This document shows positions 10,765-21,807 of a stretch of 64,000 bases of DNA, piece by piece. The stretch is taken from the NCBI RefSeq assembly GCF_003334405.1, contig NZ_QOWM01000010.1; one strand, 5' to 3'. A model generated the notes under the pieces. The model searched no databases. It was not told the origin of the DNA and saw nothing but the letters and a program-made list of their open reading frames with translations. Both the position numbers and the translations under genes were made by a program. Position 1 is the first letter of the stretch. Each line of letters starts with the position of its first letter. This stretch comes from Escherichia coli (GTDB lineage Bacteria > Pseudomonadota > Gammaproteobacteria > Enterobacterales > Enterobacteriaceae).

Positions 10765-11697
10765 TCAGCCCTTAAACACGTTATAGCCGAGTTGCTTAGC
10801 GACCGATGCCACCATTTTTTGACCGCGAACACTGTTGCCATCTTCGTCCAGCGGTGGTGAGAACGCGGCAATTCCCATCACTCCAGGGACGACCGCCAGA
10901 ATACCGCCACCTACACCGCTTTTGCCCGGTAAACCAACACGATACGCCCAGTCACCGGAGCGACCATACAGCCCTTCCATCATCATTTCGGCCAGAATGT
11001 ACGGCACGTTGTCGGCCTGAAGAACGCGTTTATGCGTCAACGGATTCACACCACCTGCCGCCAGCGTCGCGCCAAGCGTTGCCAGTTCAATAGTATTGAG
11101 GAGCGTGGAGCACTGACGGGTATACACGTCACAGGCTTCCATTGCATCACAATAGAGATATCCGGCGGAGTACAGCAGCCAGGCTATGGCCCGGTTATGG
11201 AAGTTGGTTGTTTGTTCCGACTGGTTGACTTCGTCAGAGAGCGCTACCTGCTCGCCAGCCAGTTGCTGTTGGATATGTAAAATTCGCTGCCAGCGTTGTT
11301 CAACATTTTCAGCGTTAATCAGGCTGGTGGTGGCAATAGCGCCAGCATTTACCAGTGGCGAAAGCGGTTTGCCGCCATGCAACTCTAAGGCGATAACTGA
11401 GTTAAAGGGCAATCCGGTCGGGTCAGCGCCAATTTTGTCCTGTACCGCCTGCGGGCCGACATCTTCTAACGCAAGGGCTAACGTACAGACTTTCGAGATG
11501 GATTCCAGTGCAAAGCGGTAATCACTGTCACCCGCACTATAGACGTTGCCATCGCAGGTCACGATAGCCACTGCCGCCAGTTGACCTGGTACATTCGCCA
11601 GAAAGGGAATGTAATCGGCATTTTGTCCGCCGTTAAGTGAGTGAAATTGGGTGTAAGCCTGATCCACTGCCTGCTGTAATTTGTTTGCATCTAACAT
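10765..11697 (-). CDS. glsA: Glutaminase 1, 310 aa
   Basis: ORF track 310 aa; serine-dependent beta-lactamase-like glutaminase fold; followed 2 nt later by ybaT (operon). Confidence 0.93.
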   Translation of the reverse strand: MLDANKLQQAVDQAYTQFHSLNGGQNADYIPFLANVPGQLAAVAIVTCDGNVYSAGDSDYRFALESISKVCTLALALEDVGPQAVQDKIGADPTGLPFNSVIALELHGGKPLSPLVNAGAIATTSLINAENVEQRWQRILHIQQQLAGEQVALSDEVNQSEQTTNFHNRAIAWLLYSAGYLYCDAMEACDVYTRQCSTLLNTIELATLGATLAAGGVNPLTHKRVLQADNVPYILAEMMMEGLYGRSGDWAYRVGLPGKSGVGGGILAVVPGVMGIAAFSPPLDEDGNSVRGQKMVASVAKQLGYNVFKG

Positions 11698-11887
11698 CTT
11701 TTGTTAACTCCTTTTTATAGATGCGGGAGGTAATTCCTCACCCCGGTGCCGATTTTCAGGCATCCTGATTTAACTTAGCACCCGCAACTTAACTACAGGA
11801 AAACAAAGAGATAAATGTCTAATCCTGATGCAAATCGAGCCGATTTTTTAATCTTTACGGACTTTTACCCGCCTGGTTTATTAATTT

Positions 11888-11918
11888 CTTGACCTTCCCC
11901 TTGCTGGAAGGTTTAACC
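11888..11918 (+). promoter_or_regulatory. MerR-type copA promoter: -35 TTGACC, CueR operator dyad in a long (about 19 bp) spacer, then the -10 region
   Basis: ttgACCTTCCcctt-GCTGGAAGGTttaacc read directly; perfect 7-bp inverted repeat ACCTTCC / GGAAGGT lying between -35- and -10-like hexamers about 45 bp upstream of the copA ATG. Confidence 0.8.
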
Positions 11919-11958
11919 TTTATCACAGCCAGTCAAAACTGTCTTAAAGGAGTGTTTT

Positions 11959-14463
11959 ATGTCACAAACTATCGACCTGACCCTGGACGGCCTGTCCTGC
12001 GGTCACTGCGTTAAACGCGTGAAAGAAAGTCTTGAACAGCGTCCGGATGTTGAGCAGGCGGATGTGTCTATCACTGAAGCGCACGTTACCGGGACTGCCA
12101 GTGCAGAACAGCTGATCGAAACCATCAAACAAGCGGGTTATGACGCATCTGTAAGCCACCCAAAGGCTAAACCGCTGGCGGAGTCATCAATCCCGTCGGA
12201 AGCACTGACAGCGGTTTCTGAGGCGCTTCCGGCAGCGACCGCCGATGACGATGACAGCCAGCAGTTGCTGCTGAGCGGCATGAGCTGCGCCAGCTGTGTC
12301 ACCCGCGTACAAAATGCGCTGCAAAGCGTACCGGGCGTCACTCAGGCACGGGTAAACCTGGCGGAGCGTACTGCGCTGGTGATGGGCAGTGCCTCCCCAC
12401 AAGATTTAGTGCAGGCGGTGGAAAAAGCGGGCTACGGCGCGGAAGCGATTGAAGATGACGCTAAACGCCGCGAGCGCCAGCAAGAAACCGCCGTCGCTAC
12501 GATGAAGCGCTTCCGCTGGCAGGCAATTGTCGCACTGGCGGTGGGTATCCCGGTGATGGTCTGGGGGATGATCGGCGATAACATGATGGTCACCGCTGAC
12601 AACCGCAGCCTGTGGTTGGTTATCGGCCTGATAACCCTGGCAGTGATGGTTTTCGCCGGCGGCCATTTTTACCGCAGTGCATGGAAAAGCCTGCTGAACG
12701 GTGCGGCGACGATGGATACGCTGGTGGCGCTGGGTACTGGCGTGGCGTGGCTCTATTCGATGAGCGTCAACCTGTGGCCGCAGTGGTTCCCGATGGAAGC
12801 GCGACATCTTTATTACGAAGCCAGCGCGATGATTATCGGTCTGATCAATCTCGGCCATATGCTGGAAGCGCGCGCACGCCAGCGTTCTTCTAAGGCGCTG
12901 GAAAAGTTACTCGATTTAACCCCGCCGACGGCACGCCTGGTTACTGACGAAGGTGAAAAAAGCGTGCCTCTGGCAGAAGTGCAGCCAGGTATGTTGCTGC
13001 GCCTGACGACCGGCGATCGCGTGCCGGTAGATGGCGAGATTACCCAGGGCGAAGCATGGCTGGATGAAGCGATGCTGACGGGCGAACCAATCCCGCAGCA
13101 AAAAGGCGAAGGCGATAGCGTCCATGCCGGGACAGTGGTACAGGACGGCAGTGTGCTGTTTCGTGCCAGTGCGGTTGGCAGCCATACTACGCTGTCACGA
13201 ATCATTCGCATGGTGCGCCAGGCCCAGAGCAGCAAGCCAGAAATCGGTCAGCTGGCGGATAAAATCTCAGCCGTATTTGTGCCGGTAGTGGTGGTTATTG
13301 CGCTTGTCAGTGCGGCAATCTGGTATTTCTTTGGTCCGGCACCGCAGATTGTCTATACCCTGGTGATTGCCACCACGGTACTGATTATTGCCTGTCCGTG
13401 TGCGCTGGGGCTGGCGACGCCGATGTCGATTATTTCCGGCGTCGGGCGGGCGGCTGAGTTTGGCGTGCTGGTGCGGGACGCTGACGCGCTGCAACGCGCC
13501 AGTACACTCGACACTGTAGTGTTCGATAAAACCGGGACGCTGACTGAAGGGAAGCCGCAGGTTGTCGCAGTGAAAACATTTGCTGATGTTGATGAAGCGC
13601 AGGCATTGCGTCTGGCGGCGGCACTGGAGCAAGGTTCCAGCCATCCGCTGGCACGAGCGATCCTCGATAAAGCAGGTGATATGCAGCTACCGCAGGTCAA
13701 CGGTTTCCGCACATTGCGCGGGCTGGGCGTGAGCGGTGAAGCTGAAGGTCATGCGTTATTGCTGGGCAATCAGGCGCTGTTAAATGAGCAACAGGTTGGT
13801 ACCAAAGCTATCGAAGCGGAGATTACTGCTCAGGCATCGCAAGGGGCAACGCCTGTGCTGCTGGCGGTTGACGGGAAAGCGGTAGCCCTGCTGGCAGTAC
13901 GCGATCCGTTGCGTAGTGATAGCGTGGCGGCGCTGCAACGCCTGCATAAAGCGGGATATCGTCTGGTGATGTTGACCGGGGATAACCCAACCACCGCCAA
14001 TGCGATCGCCAAAGAAGCAGGGATTGATGAGGTGATCGCCGGGGTGCTGCCGGACGGTAAAGCCGAAGCGATCAAACATCTGCAAAGTGAAGGACGTCAG
14101 GTGGCAATGGTGGGCGACGGCATTAACGACGCGCCAGCGCTGGCTCAGGCGGATGTCGGCATTGCGATGGGTGGCGGCAGTGATGTTGCCATTGAAACCG
14201 CGGCGATTACCCTGATGCGCCATAGCCTGATGGGCGTTGCGGATGCGCTCGCTATTTCCCGCGCAACGCTGCACAACATGAAGCAGAACCTGCTCGGTGC
14301 GTTTATCTACAACAGTATCGGTATTCCGGTCGCCGCCGGTATTTTGTGGCCGTTCACTGGAACACTGCTTAACCCGGTAGTTGCCGGAGCGGCAATGGCG
14401 CTCTCGTCGATTACCGTAGTGAGTAACGCCAACCGGTTGCTGCGGTTTAAACCGAAGGAATAA
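11959..14463 (+). CDS. copA: Cu(I)-exporting P1B-type ATPase, 834 aa
   Basis: ORF track 834 aa; two N-terminal metal-binding domains (CGHC, CASC), the CPC motif in [12 protein letters not shown], phosphorylation site DKTGTLT and the hinge [12 protein letters not shown]. Confidence 0.97.
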   Translation: MSQTIDLTLDGLSCGHCVKRVKESLEQRPDVEQADVSITEAHVTGTASAEQLIETIKQAGYDASVSHPKAKPLAESSIPSEALTAVSEALPAATADDDDSQQLLLSGMSCASCVTRVQNALQSVPGVTQARVNLAERTALVMGSASPQDLVQAVEKAGYGAEAIEDDAKRRERQQETAVATMKRFRWQAIVALAVGIPVMVWGMIGDNMMVTADNRSLWLVIGLITLAVMVFAGGHFYRSAWKSLLNGAATMDTLVALGTGVAWLYSMSVNLWPQWFPMEARHLYYEASAMIIGLINLGHMLEARARQRSSKALEKLLDLTPPTARLVTDEGEKSVPLAEVQPGMLLRLTTGDRVPVDGEITQGEAWLDEAMLTGEPIPQQKGEGDSVHAGTVVQDGSVLFRASAVGSHTTLSRIIRMVRQAQSSKPEIGQLADKISAVFVPVVVVIALVSAAIWYFFGPAPQIVYTLVIATTVLIIACPCALGLATPMSIISGVGRAAEFGVLVRDADALQRASTLDTVVFDKTGTLTEGKPQVVAVKTFADVDEAQALRLAAALEQGSSHPLARAILDKAGDMQLPQVNGFRTLRGLGVSGEAEGHALLLGNQALLNEQQVGTKAIEAEITAQASQGATPVLLAVDGKAVALLAVRDPLRSDSVAALQRLHKAGYRLVMLTGDNPTTANAIAKEAGIDEVIAGVLPDGKAEAIKHLQSEGRQVAMVGDGINDAPALAQADVGIAMGGGSDVAIETAAITLMRHSLMGVADALAISRATLHNMKQNLLGAFIYNSIGIPVAAGILWPFTGTLLNPVVAGAAMALSSITVVSNANRLLRFKPKE
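12159..12170 (+). other. Programmed -1 ribosomal frameshift site in copA (slippery heptamer C CCA AAG, then a stop in the -1 frame)
   Basis: Heptamer cccaaag at 12159..12165 lies in-frame at codons 68-69; the -1 frame reads CCC AAA GGC TAA, predicting a 70-aa product that contains only the first metal-binding domain. Confidence 0.75.
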
Positions 14464-14469
14464 GTACAT

Positions 14470-14760
<291 letters not shown>

Positions 14761-14778
14761 TGAAGCGATGTTTTGGCC

Positions 14779-15120
14779 TTACGCGACCTTTTTTGCACGC
14801 TCTTCACGGCGTGCCAAATATTCAGCCACTGTTTCAATCCGTCCCAATTCTTCCTGGGTGCGCATGTTGTTTTCAACTTCCCAAAGATCAACCGCCGCCT
14901 GGAGGTTTAGCCAAAAATCGACTGTGGTATCAAAAACTTTCGCCAGACGAAATGCCATCTCAGTAGTGAGTTTACGATTGTTATTGATCAGTGCACTGAC
15001 GCTATTACGATGAACATGCAGCAACTCTGCTAACTCATTGATTTTCAAATCGAGCGGTTCCAGATATTCATAGAGAAGAATAGCTCCGGGTGTCGTCGGT
15101 TTTCTTGTTGCCTGTTTCAT
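14779..15120 (-). CDS. ybaQ: XRE-family helix-turn-helix protein, HigA-like antitoxin homolog, 113 aa
   Basis: ORF track 14779..15174; trimmed to the ATG at 15120 (MKQATRKPTTPGAILLYEYLEP...). HTH segment INELAELLHVHRNSVSALINN. No toxin-like ORF adjacent. Confidence 0.85.
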   Translation of the reverse strand: MKQATRKPTTPGAILLYEYLEPLDLKINELAELLHVHRNSVSALINNNRKLTTEMAFRLAKVFDTTVDFWLNLQAAVDLWEVENNMRTQEELGRIETVAEYLARREERAKKVA

Positions 15121-15257
15121 GGTTTTTAACTGTTGCTTCCTTGTGAATAGCGATGCAAGAACATACTGAATCATACAAACACATTAAACAAGTCTCCAAC
15201 TCCATTTGCGCCATCCCTCACCGCGCGCTAGCATGATATTTCACAAAGGGAGGTCGT

Positions 15258-16052
15258 ATGGATCTGTTGTACCGGGTAAAAACGCTTTGGGCCGCGCTGC
15301 GCGGTAATCATTACACCTGGCCTGCCATCGATATCACCCTCCCCGGCAATCGCCATTTTCATCTGATTGGCAGTATTCATATGGGTAGCCACGATATGGC
15401 TCCCCTGCCCACCCGTTTGCTCAAAAAGCTCAAAAACGCCGATGCGCTGATCGTCGAGGCGGATGTTTCCACCAGCGATACGCCTTTTGCTAATTTGCCT
15501 GCCTGCGAGGCGCTGGAAGAGCGCATTAGCGAGGAGCAACTCCAAAACCTGCAGCACATTAGCCAGGAGATGGGCATTTCTCCCTCACTCTTTTCTACCC
15601 AACCGCTGTGGCAAATCGCGATGGTTCTTCAGGCGACGCAGGCACAAAAACTGGGGCTGCGGGCAGAATACGGTATCGATTACCAGCTATTGCAGGCGGC
15701 GAAGCAACAACATAAACCCGTGATTGAACTGGAAGGGGCTGAAAACCAGATTGCCATGTTGCTCCAGCTCCCTGACAAAGGACTGGCGCTGCTGGACGAT
15801 ACGCTGACCCACTGGCATACCAACGCACGGTTGCTGCAACAAATGATGAGCTGGTGGCTGAATGCACCGCCGCAAAATAATGATATAACGCTGCCCAATA
15901 CGTTCAGTCAGTCGCTGTACGATGTGCTGATGCATCAGCGAAATCTCGCCTGGCGGGATAAATTACGCGCCATGCCGCCGGGGCGATATGTGGTCGCGGT
16001 CGGTGCACTACACCTGTATGGAGAAGGGAATTTGCCGCAAATGTTGCGCTAA
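15258..16052 (+). CDS. ybaP: TraB/GumN-family protein, 264 aa
   Basis: ORF track 264 aa; family assignment from memory of the K-12 annotation, not from an identifiable motif in the sequence. Confidence 0.88.
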   Translation: MDLLYRVKTLWAALRGNHYTWPAIDITLPGNRHFHLIGSIHMGSHDMAPLPTRLLKKLKNADALIVEADVSTSDTPFANLPACEALEERISEEQLQNLQHISQEMGISPSLFSTQPLWQIAMVLQATQAQKLGLRAEYGIDYQLLQAAKQQHKPVIELEGAENQIAMLLQLPDKGLALLDDTLTHWHTNARLLQQMMSWWLNAPPQNNDITLPNTFSQSLYDVLMHQRNLAWRDKLRAMPPGRYVVAVGALHLYGEGNLPQMLR

Positions 16053-16134
16053 AAAAATGGCCAATATCGCTATTGGCCCGTCAAAGAGGAATTTCATTTT
16101 TTTATTATTATGCCGTCACTTTAAGCGACGGTGT
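16051..16134 (-). ncRNA. chiX: Hfq-dependent small RNA ChiX (also called MicM/SroB)
   Basis: Reverse complement of 16051..16134 reads ACACCGTCGCTTAAAGTGACGGCATAATAATAAAAAAATGAAATTCCTCTTTGACGGGCCAATAGCGATATTGGCCATTTTTTT, matching my memory of ChiX, with an intrinsic terminator hairpin (GGCCAATAGCGATATTGGCC) and U-tract. Confidence 0.85.
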
Positions 16135-16240
16135 AACTCGATTGTCGCTCAATCTCACCATCCTGCCAATACTCTTAGGCAAGATGACTCTTTTTTTTGG
16201 ACCGCCATCAGGCGTATGCTTGCTTCGTTTTTTTGTTTAA

Positions 16241-16735
<495 letters not shown>

Positions 16736-16740
16736 GCATT

Positions 16741-16764
16741 GTGCCGGATGCAAACATCCGGCAC
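16741..16764. terminator. GC-rich hairpin between convergent ybaK and ushA (probable bidirectional terminator)
   Basis: gtgccggatg-caaa-catccggcac perfect inverted repeat directly after the ybaK stop and before the ushA stop. Confidence 0.65.
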
Positions 16765-16771
16765 TTTCGGA

Positions 16772-18424
16772 TTACTGCCAGCTCACCTCACCTTTCGGTT
16801 CATAAACACTCACATCCAGCGGCGAGCTTTTCTGGATATACGCTTTCAGCACTTCGGCATCAATAAAGCCGGTATTCACATAGCCCGGTTTGTTATCAAG
16901 GCGCGGATATCCATCACCGCCGGTGGCATTGAAGTTTAATGTCGCCATACGGTAAGTTTTCGCCGGATCGACCGGTTCGCCTTTGATTTTAAGGTCGTTC
17001 AGTTTGCCGTCTTTCGCCACAAAGCTAACGTTGGCAAATTGCGGGTAGGCACCTGAATCTGGCTTCATCTGCGCGACGGCGGTCAGGTAATCAATCACCT
17101 CTTTACCGGTCATGTCGGCATACACCACCACATTGCCGAATGGCTGCACTTTCAGCACGTTTTTATAGCTGATATCGCCTGCTTCGATAGAATCACGAAT
17201 TCCGCCTCCGCTCATCACCGCAAAGTCGGCACCAGTGCGATCCATTTGGGCTGCCAGAATCAACCGCCCCATATTGGTCTGTACAAAACGCACTTTGTCA
17301 CGATCGCCTTCCAGACGACCATTGGTTTCGCCTATTTTCACTTCCAGCTGCGCTTTGCCTTTGTTCTGGAACGGTGATAACAGCGAGATCATTTGCTGGT
17401 TTTCAGCGATTTCAGGAGTGTAAAGCACGCGCTCGCTTTTCCCGTCTTCCCAGGTCACTTTCTTCTTCAGGTTCACCGGAATCAGCTGGTAGTTAACCAT
17501 TTTCATTTCGCCATTACGAAACTCAAAATCAGCCCGTCCCACGTATTTGCCCCACTCATGCGCCTGCACAATCCAGATGCCGTTTTGTTGATCTGGTTTG
17601 CATGGCGTACCCGGCACGTAATCGACCTGTTTTTTGTTTTCTGCCGCCATGCAGACCGGATCTTGCGAGTGACCACCGACGATCATCGCCAGCGATCCGG
17701 CAGGCAGCGCGCGTGCCATCTCCACATCGCCCGGTGCGTTAGAGCCGTGCTCACCATTATCGTAATGCCCCATATGGGTCGCCGCGATAATAATGTCTGG
17801 CTTTTCTGTCTGTTGCAGCTCCTGAATCACCAGCTTCGCTTCATCGGCGGGCTTACGAAATTCGATATCAGTGAAGTATTCCGGGTTACCAATTTTTGCT
17901 GTGTCATCGGTTGTCAGCCCAATAACGGCAATTTTCAGATCCTGACGCTTAAACAGCGCCCACGGTTTAAACAGGCGCTCGCCAGTACTTTTCTGGTAGA
18001 TATTCGCGGAAAGCAACGGGAACTTGGCCCACTTTTCCTGCTGGCGTAATACGGTGAGCGGATTATCAAATTCATGATTACCGATCGCCATCGCGTCATA
18101 GCCCACCAGATTCATACCGCGAAAATCAGGTTCGGCATCCTGTAAGTCAGACTCGGGCACGCCAGTGTTAATGTCGCCACCGGAAAGTAGCAGCACGCTA
18201 CCGCCTTCAGCCGCAACCTCTTTGCGGATACCATCCACCAGCGTTTTTTGCGCCGCCAGACCATATTCGCCACATTCATTGCGCCAAAAATGCCCATGAT
18301 GATCATTGGTATGCAGAACTGTAATTTTGTAGGTTTTATCCTGCTCATACGCCAGAGCAGTTTCACTCGCCAGTGTAAATGTGGTTAACAGCGCTAACGC
18401 CACGCCCCGCTGCAATAATTTCAT
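16772..18424 (-). CDS. ushA: Periplasmic UDP-sugar hydrolase / 5'-nucleotidase, 550 aa
   Basis: ORF track 550 aa; signal peptide and calcineurin-like metallophosphoesterase motifs (DHHGH, GNHEFD). Confidence 0.95.
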   Translation of the reverse strand: MKLLQRGVALALLTTFTLASETALAYEQDKTYKITVLHTNDHHGHFWRNECGEYGLAAQKTLVDGIRKEVAAEGGSVLLLSGGDINTGVPESDLQDAEPDFRGMNLVGYDAMAIGNHEFDNPLTVLRQQEKWAKFPLLSANIYQKSTGERLFKPWALFKRQDLKIAVIGLTTDDTAKIGNPEYFTDIEFRKPADEAKLVIQELQQTEKPDIIIAATHMGHYDNGEHGSNAPGDVEMARALPAGSLAMIVGGHSQDPVCMAAENKKQVDYVPGTPCKPDQQNGIWIVQAHEWGKYVGRADFEFRNGEMKMVNYQLIPVNLKKKVTWEDGKSERVLYTPEIAENQQMISLLSPFQNKGKAQLEVKIGETNGRLEGDRDKVRFVQTNMGRLILAAQMDRTGADFAVMSGGGIRDSIEAGDISYKNVLKVQPFGNVVVYADMTGKEVIDYLTAVAQMKPDSGAYPQFANVSFVAKDGKLNDLKIKGEPVDPAKTYRMATLNFNATGGDGYPRLDNKPGYVNTGFIDAEVLKAYIQKSSPLDVSVYEPKGEVSWQ

Positions 18425-18641
18425 ACTTCTCTCCCTGACCTGATTTCAACGTGTTGAAAAATAGTATGACGCGACATCATAGACAAGTCTGCGTCCGGTG
18501 AAGATAAATCTGCATCCAGATTAGAAATTCTGTATTCGGCGTTGAGACTTCCTTCAGACGACGCATACAGGTATGTTAGTCTGGTAATAATCACAAATAA
18601 GATCATTCTTTACATCGCAACCCTGAAAAAGTGACTTTCCT

Positions 18642-19862
18642 ATGGCAATGAGTGAACAACCCCAGCCTGTGGCGGGCGCGGCTGCGTCAACGACCAAGGC
18701 CCGAACATCGTTTGGTATTTTAGGTGCTATCAGCCTCTCACATCTGCTGAACGACATGATCCAATCGCTGATTCTGGCGATTTATCCGCTGCTTCAGTCA
18801 GAATTTTCTCTGACATTTATGCAGATTGGCATGATAACCCTCACCTTCCAGCTCGCCTCTTCGCTACTGCAACCAGTGGTCGGCTACTGGACCGATAAAT
18901 ATCCGATGCCATGGTCGTTGCCAATTGGCATGTGCTTTACCTTAAGCGGTCTGGTGCTGCTTGCGCTGGCGGGCAGTTTTGGCGCAGTTCTGCTGGCGGC
19001 GGCGCTGGTCGGTACCGGTTCATCGGTCTTTCATCCGGAATCTTCTCGCGTGGCCCGTATGGCTTCCGGCGGGCGGCATGGCCTGGCGCAATCTATCTTT
19101 CAGGTCGGCGGCAACTTTGGCAGTTCCCTGGGACCCTTGCTGGCGGCGGTGATTATCGCGCCTTATGGCAAAGGCAACGTTGCCTGGTTTGTGCTTGCGG
19201 CACTGCTGGCGATCGTGGTGTTGGCGCAAATCAGCCGTTGGTACTCGGCACAGCACCGAATGAATAAAGGAAAACCCAAAGCGACGATTATCAATCCACT
19301 GCCGCGCAATAAAGTTGTACTGGCGGTCAGCATTCTGTTAATCCTCATTTTCTCGAAATATTTCTATATGGCGAGCATCAGCAGCTATTACACCTTTTAT
19401 CTGATGCAAAAATTCGGATTATCTATCCAGAATGCTCAGCTTCATCTGTTTGCCTTCCTGTTTGCCGTTGCGGCAGGTACGGTGATCGGCGGGCCTGTAG
19501 GGGATAAAATTGGGCGGAAATATGTGATTTGGGGCTCTATCCTCGGCGTTGCGCCGTTTACGCTGATTTTACCCTACGCCAGCCTGCACTGGACGGGGGT
19601 TTTAACGGTGATTATTGGATTTATCCTCGCTTCGGCATTCTCTGCCATTCTGGTCTACGCTCAGGAGCTGCTTCCAGGACGTATCGGTATGGTTTCTGGA
19701 CTCTTTTTCGGTTTTGCTTTTGGCATGGGAGGTCTGGGAGCGGCAGTTCTGGGGCTTATCGCCGATCACACCAGCATCGAGTTAGTCTATAAAATCTGTG
19801 CTTTCCTGCCACTATTGGGGATGTTGACCATATTCCTGCCTGATAACCGGCATAAAGACTGA
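18642..19862 (+). CDS. fsr: MFS transporter, fosmidomycin resistance protein, 406 aa
   Basis: ORF track 406 aa, 12-TM MFS topology. Confidence 0.92.
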   Translation: MAMSEQPQPVAGAAASTTKARTSFGILGAISLSHLLNDMIQSLILAIYPLLQSEFSLTFMQIGMITLTFQLASSLLQPVVGYWTDKYPMPWSLPIGMCFTLSGLVLLALAGSFGAVLLAAALVGTGSSVFHPESSRVARMASGGRHGLAQSIFQVGGNFGSSLGPLLAAVIIAPYGKGNVAWFVLAALLAIVVLAQISRWYSAQHRMNKGKPKATIINPLPRNKVVLAVSILLILIFSKYFYMASISSYYTFYLMQKFGLSIQNAQLHLFAFLFAVAAGTVIGGPVGDKIGRKYVIWGSILGVAPFTLILPYASLHWTGVLTVIIGFILASAFSAILVYAQELLPGRIGMVSGLFFGFAFGMGGLGAAVLGLIADHTSIELVYKICAFLPLLGMLTIFLPDNRHKD

Positions 19863-19869
19863 TTTCATT

Positions 19870-19902
19870 GCAGCCAAAGGCAAACTTTGGCTGCATCGTT
19901 TT
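19870..19902 (+). terminator. Putative intrinsic terminator of fsr
   Basis: Hairpin gcagccaaag-gcaaa-ctttggctgc followed by a weak T-rich tract (atcgtttta). Confidence 0.55.
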
Positions 19903-20099
19903 ACAGTCGCCATAAGCCTTTCCTCTGTTAAACCGCCTTCTGTTTTCCGATCCGTGCTTTTTTTGCAGCTAATTCCATTTTTCTGCAAAATTCAATAATT
20001 ATTCATGAACATCATCAATGAAATTGTCATAAACTATTACCTGTAATTTTGGTTTTCCCGGCCAAAAATGGACAATAACCACCAGGAAAAGGAGACGGA

Positions 20100-21776
20100 A
20101 TGCATCACGCCACCCCGCTTATCACCACCATTGTTGGCGGCCTTGTGCTCGCCTTTATCCTCGGCATGCTGGCCAATAAACTACGTATTTCTCCTCTGGT
20201 GGGATATCTGTTAGCGGGTGTGCTGGCAGGACCATTCACTCCGGGCTTTGTTGCCGATACCAAGCTTGCCCCGGAACTGGCTGAACTGGGCGTCATTCTG
20301 TTGATGTTTGGCGTCGGTTTGCACTTTTCGCTGAAGGATTTGATGGCGGTAAAGGCCATCGCCATTCCCGGTGCGATCGCCCAGATAGCCGTGGCGACGC
20401 TGCTGGGTATGGCGCTCTCTGCCGTGCTGGGCTGGTCGTTAATGACCGGTATCGTGTTCGGTTTATGTCTTTCCACCGCCAGTACCGTGGTGTTACTGCG
20501 CGCACTTGAAGAACGGCAATTAATTGACAGTCAGCGTGGGCAAATCGCCATCGGTTGGTTGATTGTGGAAGACCTGGTAATGGTTCTGACGCTGGTGTTG
20601 CTGCCCGCAGTGGCAGGAATGATGGAACAGGGCGATGTGGGCTTTGCCACTCTTGCAGTCGATATGGGGATCACCATCGGCAAAGTGATCGCATTTATCG
20701 CCATTATGATGCTGGTAGGTCGCCGTCTGGTGCCGTGGATTATGGCACGCAGCGCGGCAACCGGTTCTCGCGAGCTGTTTACCCTGTCGGTGCTGGCGCT
20801 GGCGTTAGGGGTTGCCTTTGGTGCGGTAGAGCTGTTTGATGTCTCCTTTGCACTCGGTGCGTTCTTTGCCGGGATGGTACTGAACGAGTCTGAACTGAGT
20901 CACCGTGCCGCCCACGATACGCTGCCATTGCGCGACGCGTTTGCGGTGCTGTTTTTTGTCTCCGTCGGGATGTTGTTTGATCCGTTAATTCTGATTCAGC
21001 AACCGCTGGCAGTGCTGGCGACGCTGGCGATTATTCTGTTTGGTAAGTCGTTAGCCGCATTTTTCCTGGTGCGACTGTTTGGTCACTCCCAACGTACGGC
21101 ATTAACCATCGCCGCCAGCCTGGCGCAGATTGGTGAGTTCGCGTTTATCCTGGCGGGACTGGGAATGGCATTGAATTTACTGCCGCAGGCCGGACAAAAC
21201 CTGGTACTGGCAGGGGCGATCCTGTCGATTATGCTCAACCCGGTACTGTTCGCACTACTGGAGAAATATCTGGCGAAGACCGAAACGCTGGAAGAGCAGA
21301 CGCTGGAAGAGGCAATCGAAGAAGAGAAGCAGATCCCAGTGGATATTTGCAACCATGCGCTACTGGTGGGTTACGGTCGTGTAGGCAGCCTGCTGGGGGA
21401 GAAATTGCTCGCCTCTGATATTCCGCTGGTGGTGATTGAGACGTCACGAACCCGTGTTGATGAGCTGCGAGAGCGCGGGGTCCGCGCAGTATTGGGCAAT
21501 GCGGCGAACGAAGAAATTATGCAACTGGCGCATCTGGAATGTGCAAAATGGCTGATCCTGACGATTCCCAACGGTTATGAAGCGGGTGAGATTGTGGCAT
21601 CTGCCCGCGCGAAAAATCCGGATATTGAGATTATTGCCCGCGCCCATTATGACGATGAAGTGGCGTATATCACCGAACGTGGTGCGAATCAGGTAGTGAT
21701 GGGCGAGCGTGAAATCGCCCGTACCATGCTGGAACTGCTGGAAACGCCACCGGCGGGTGAGGTGGTGACGGGGTAA
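20100..21776 (+). CDS. ybaL: CPA2-family cation/proton antiporter with C-terminal RCK/TrkA-N domain, 558 aa
   Basis: ORF track 558 aa; Na+/H+ exchanger membrane domain plus NAD-binding Rossmann motif GYGRVG. Confidence 0.92.
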   Translation: MHHATPLITTIVGGLVLAFILGMLANKLRISPLVGYLLAGVLAGPFTPGFVADTKLAPELAELGVILLMFGVGLHFSLKDLMAVKAIAIPGAIAQIAVATLLGMALSAVLGWSLMTGIVFGLCLSTASTVVLLRALEERQLIDSQRGQIAIGWLIVEDLVMVLTLVLLPAVAGMMEQGDVGFATLAVDMGITIGKVIAFIAIMMLVGRRLVPWIMARSAATGSRELFTLSVLALALGVAFGAVELFDVSFALGAFFAGMVLNESELSHRAAHDTLPLRDAFAVLFFVSVGMLFDPLILIQQPLAVLATLAIILFGKSLAAFFLVRLFGHSQRTALTIAASLAQIGEFAFILAGLGMALNLLPQAGQNLVLAGAILSIMLNPVLFALLEKYLAKTETLEEQTLEEAIEEEKQIPVDICNHALLVGYGRVGSLLGEKLLASDIPLVVIETSRTRVDELRERGVRAVLGNAANEEIMQLAHLECAKWLILTIPNGYEAGEIVASARAKNPDIEIIARAHYDDEVAYITERGANQVVMGEREIARTMLELLETPPAGEVVTG

Positions 21777-21807
21777 ACGGTGGTTGCCGGATGTAAAATA
21801 TGAAAAA

